DNA from: Myxococcota bacterium
GTDB taxonomy: Bacteria > Myxococcota_A > UBA9160 > UBA4427
Assembly (NCBI GenBank): GCA_041389425.1
Contig: JAWKRX010000021.1
Span: 16,075-80,074 of the forward strand
DNA length: 64,000 bases
Reading direction: 5' to 3'
Below the pieces are notes generated by a model that saw only the letters and a list, made by a program, of their open reading frames with translations, was not told the DNA's origin and did no database searches. A program made the translations under genes and the position numbers. Positions 61,601 to 64,000 of the stretch are shown in pieces (within the stretch, counting starts at the first letter, position 1; every line of letters begins with the position of its first letter).

Positions 61601-62044
61601 CGTCTCGACGAGCAGATGGTTGGTGTCGCGCGGCCGGCGGTCGAGCTTGGCGAAGAAGGCCTCGAATGCCGGAGTCGACGGGAGGCAGACCAGATAGGGC
61701 TCGAGATCGCGCGCGACGTCCTGCGCGTACTCGAACGGCCATTCCTGGGCGGACTCCTCGAGGAAATAGTCGAAGGGGCTGTAGGCCGCGAGGTCCGCGA
61801 CGATGTCGACGTTCACCTCGAACAGATCCGTCTTGTCGGGCACGACGATCCGCGCGAGATGATTGCCGTGCGGGTCCTGCTGCCAGTTGAGGAAATGCGT
61901 CTTCGGATGGACGTCGAGGGAATAGCGGTGGATCGGCGTGCGGTTGTGGGGCGCAGGGCGCAGCCGGATCGTCTGCGGGCCGAGCAGGACGGGCCGAGCG
62001 TAGCGATAGCGGGTGCGGTGATGGAGAGCGACGCGAATCGTCAA
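58661..62044 (-). CDS. Large transglutaminase-like / DUF2126 (putative glutamine-synthetase-like amidoligase) protein
   Basis: The likely start is TTG at 62044 ('(M)[18 protein letters not shown]'), with GAGGA 7 nt upstream. The transglutaminase core is '[29 protein letters not shown]...[23 protein letters not shown]'. The long C-terminal region is 'GGEPTFVS...[14 protein letters not shown]...[10 protein letters not shown]'. Confidence 0.9.
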   Translation of the reverse strand: [1127 protein letters not shown]

Positions 62045-62403
62045 TCGGGATCCTCGGGGCCGGGGGGCGCGAACCGCGAAGATAGGCCGGTTCGCGTTCG
62101 AAAGCGCCTGATGCACTTGCTGCGCACGGGATGCGCGCGGCGCGATCCCCCTGCGTGACAGGAGTGCGCTCTCTTTGGCGCACTCCCGCAGCCGTCCGCG
62201 CACCTGGCACCACCCGGGGGCCAATCCGACGCCCGATCGTGTCCGAGAGCATCTCGACGCCACCCGCGAATTGCCGGTACCCTGGGCTCCGCCGCCCGGC
62301 ACCACCCATCCCGCACGCGCTGCGCAGCGTCGACACTTCGTGTCCGGCGACCGATCGCGACGCGTCCGGGAGGCACGAAGAACGAGCAGAATACGAGGAG
62401 CCC

Positions 62404-63093
62404 ATGAGCCGCATTCATTTCATCGGAGGAGAAAAGGGAGGCGTCGGCAAATCCGTCGTCGCGCGCCTGCTCGCGCAGTACTGGATCGACCGGGGAACGC
62501 CCTGGACGGGATTCGACACCGACCGTTCCCACGGCGCACTGCTGCGCCACTACGGCGAATTCTCCCAGCCGCTCGAAATCAGCAAGATGGAAGATCTCGA
62601 TCGCCTGATGGAGGCGGCGACGGAGGCCGATCAGCAGGTCCTCGTCGATCTCGCCGCGCAGTCCGAGCAGGATCTGCATCGCTGGATCGCGACGAGCGGC
62701 GTCCTCGAGCTCGCCTCGGAGCACGGCATCGAGGTCCTCTTCTGGCACGTCATGGACGACGGCAAGGACTCGCTCGAGCTGCTCGACCGCCTGCTCGGCC
62801 GCTACGGCTCACAGGCGCATTGCGTGATCGTGCTCAACCACGGCCGCGGCGAGAACTTCGCGACGTTCCACAAATCGCCGGTCGCGCAGAAGGTCGTCGA
62901 GATGGGCGTGCCCGTGCTCGAGCTGCCCGCGCTCTACAAACCGACCATGCGCAACATCGATCATCGCGACAAGAGCTTCTGGGCCGCGATGACCCACAAA
63001 GAGGGCCAGGGCGCGCTCGGCCTCGTCGAGCGCCATCGCGTCAAGGTCTGGATGCGGAACGCGAACGCGGAGTTCGAGAAGCTCGGAATCTGA
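62404..63093 (+). CDS. TraL/MobD-like ParA-superfamily P-loop ATPase (orphan)
   Basis: Start ATG 62404. 'MSRIHFIGGEKGGVGKSVVARLLAQYWIDRG...FDTD' carries the deviant Walker A. It is collinear by eye with RP4 TraL, including 'ELPALYKPT' and 'RHRVKVWMRNA' near the C-terminus. Confidence 0.75.
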   Translation: MSRIHFIGGEKGGVGKSVVARLLAQYWIDRGTPWTGFDTDRSHGALLRHYGEFSQPLEISKMEDLDRLMEAATEADQQVLVDLAAQSEQDLHRWIATSGVLELASEHGIEVLFWHVMDDGKDSLELLDRLLGRYGSQAHCVIVLNHGRGENFATFHKSPVAQKVVEMGVPVLELPALYKPTMRNIDHRDKSFWAAMTHKEGQGALGLVERHRVKVWMRNANAEFEKLGI

Positions 63094-63664
63094 GGCGCCG
63101 CGCGGGCCGCTCTCTGCAGCGGCCGGCGCGGCCCGCGCGACCCGGTCGGGCGCACCGCCTCCTCCTGACGTCTCATGCGTGTCGGCGAGCGACGCCGATT
63201 CCGCAGCGCTCGCGGAATCCGTCGCCGCCGCGAGCGCTCGCGGCCTCGTCGGTCTCGCTCCGCTCGGAGAGATCTTCCGGGCGCGGATCCGAAAATTGTA
63301 GAATCGGCGACGTTCGATCGACACCGCGCCGCGACGACCGTCGAGATTCGTCGTTCGCACCGTCGGGATTCGGCGTTATGCTCCGAGTCGTCCCGCCTCC
63401 CCGTCGCCTCGGCGCATCACTCCGAAAGGAGTCCCCATGCCCCGATCGGATTTCCGCCTCGAAGTAGCCAGCAGGCCTCCGCTCCCCGTCGAGTGCCCCC
63501 CTGCACCGGATGGCTCCCTCGAGTCCCTCGCTCGTACCAATGGACCCGAGATCTCCGCTCGAATCGGAGGATGGCTGCCGCAATGAGCCCGGCGCGGTCG
63601 GCACCGCGCGTCGCAGCATCGCGAGTCACCACAGCCCGCCTCGACCACTCAGGAGGAGCCGAGC

Positions 63665-64000
63665 ATGACCGCATTCTGGATCGTCGTCGCCTTCACGGCG
63701 GCCATCGGACTCGCCTTCGCGGGTCGCGGGCGCGCCGCCTGGATCGCTCCCGGTGCGGGCCTGCTCGTCGTCTGGCTGCTCTCCGGCCCCGAATCCTGGC
63801 TGCTCTTCCTGGGCGTCTCGCTCCCATTCGCAGCGGCGATCGCGCTCCTCGGCTCCCCTGCCCGTCGCGCAGCGTTCGTCACCCCCCGCCTCGCCCCCAT
63901 CGTCGCCGGCATGCTCCCGAAGCTCGGGGGCACCGAGCGTGAAGCGCTCGAGGCCGGAACGGTCTGGTGGGACCGCGAGCTCTTCTCCGGCCGGCCCGAC
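63665..64000 (+). CDS. fadE: FadE-type acyl-CoA dehydrogenase (N-terminal membrane-associated region; continues beyond window)
   Basis: ATG 63665 is preceded by GGAGGA. 'MTAFWIVVAFTAAIGL...PKLGGTEREALEAGTVWWDRELFSGRPD' matches the E. coli FadE N-terminus ('...[26 protein letters not shown]'). The frame is open to the window end, so it is absent from the ORF track. Confidence 0.8.
   Translation, partial: MTAFWIVVAFTAAIGLAFAGRGRAAWIAPGAGLLVVWLLSGPESWLLFLGVSLPFAAAIALLGSPARRAAFVTPRLAPIVAGMLPKLGGTEREALEAGTVWWDRELFSGRPD

Noticed and set aside
62205-62215. A 'TGGCAC' hexamer that suggested a sigma-54 -24 element upstream of the TraL-like gene.
   Set aside because: The expected TTGC -12 element is absent at the 4-5-nt spacing (the sequence reads TGGCACcacccGGGG).
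63105-63124. A 7-bp GC hairpin ('ggccgct ctctgc agcggcc') just after the TraL-like stop, as a possible intrinsic terminator.
   Set aside because: The stem is short and there is no downstream T-tract. Such hairpins occur by chance in DNA this GC-rich.

Overview
Very GC-rich chromosomal segment (about 70% GC by eye, not computed) from a diderm bacterium, judged from a TolC-type outer-membrane factor, lipoboxes and a Tat signal. I call about 48 protein-coding genes and found no rRNA, intact tRNA or CRISPR array.

Most long ORFs in the supplied track are antisense or off-frame artefacts of the GC richness (Arg/Pro/Ala/Gly-rich). Real genes were picked by protein-like composition, family motifs read directly in the translations, and 13 start/stop 4-nt overlaps (ATGA/GTGA) that mark translationally coupled operons.

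Gene blocks:
- 1-3494: FAD oxidoreductase, GT2 glycosyltransferase, cytochrome P450.
- 3552-4778: decayed zinc-ribbon/DDE insertion sequence with visible terminal inverted repeats.
- 4774-7257: tandem-fused family III CoA-transferase.
- 7793-15039: cupin and amidohydrolase, then an envelope-modification cluster (flippase-like membrane protein, SGNH hydrolase, two GT-C-type membrane glycosyltransferases).
- 15114-28956: mixed metabolism and stress genes (LLM oxidoreductase, amidohydrolase, Tat DUF1214 protein, tandem Usp, DUF4197 lipoprotein, SDR, sulfotransferase, fused indolepyruvate:ferredoxin oxidoreductase coupled to a membrane alpha/beta hydrolase, TrmO-like protein).
- 29274-43080: osmoadaptation island. 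It holds a fully coupled ectA-ectB-ectC-ectD-SSS transporter operon with a divergent MarR (EctR-like) regulator, a GNAT-nitrilase fusion, two MscS channels, a voltage-gated-type K+ channel, and a 1067-aa membrane P-loop ATPase coupled to one MscS.
- 43124-51761: LysR regulator with only a CTG start available, a second CoA-transferase, a TolC-HlyD-ABC type I secretion operon whose ABC domain has lost most catalytic motifs, and a second tandem Usp.
- 52582-62044: circularly permuted ATP-grasp, alpha-E, transglutaminase (fused to a dead GAT-II domain), Anbu proteasome-like protease and a large transglutaminase-DUF2126 amidoligase. A 652-bp convergent spacer inside it contains two copies of a long palindromic repeat and a possible small ORF.
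- 62404-64000: TraL/ParA-like ATPase and the 5' end of a FadE-type acyl-CoA dehydrogenase.

Best candidates for uncharacterised biology are the Anbu/amidoligase locus with its structured spacer, and the membrane ATPase-MscS pair.
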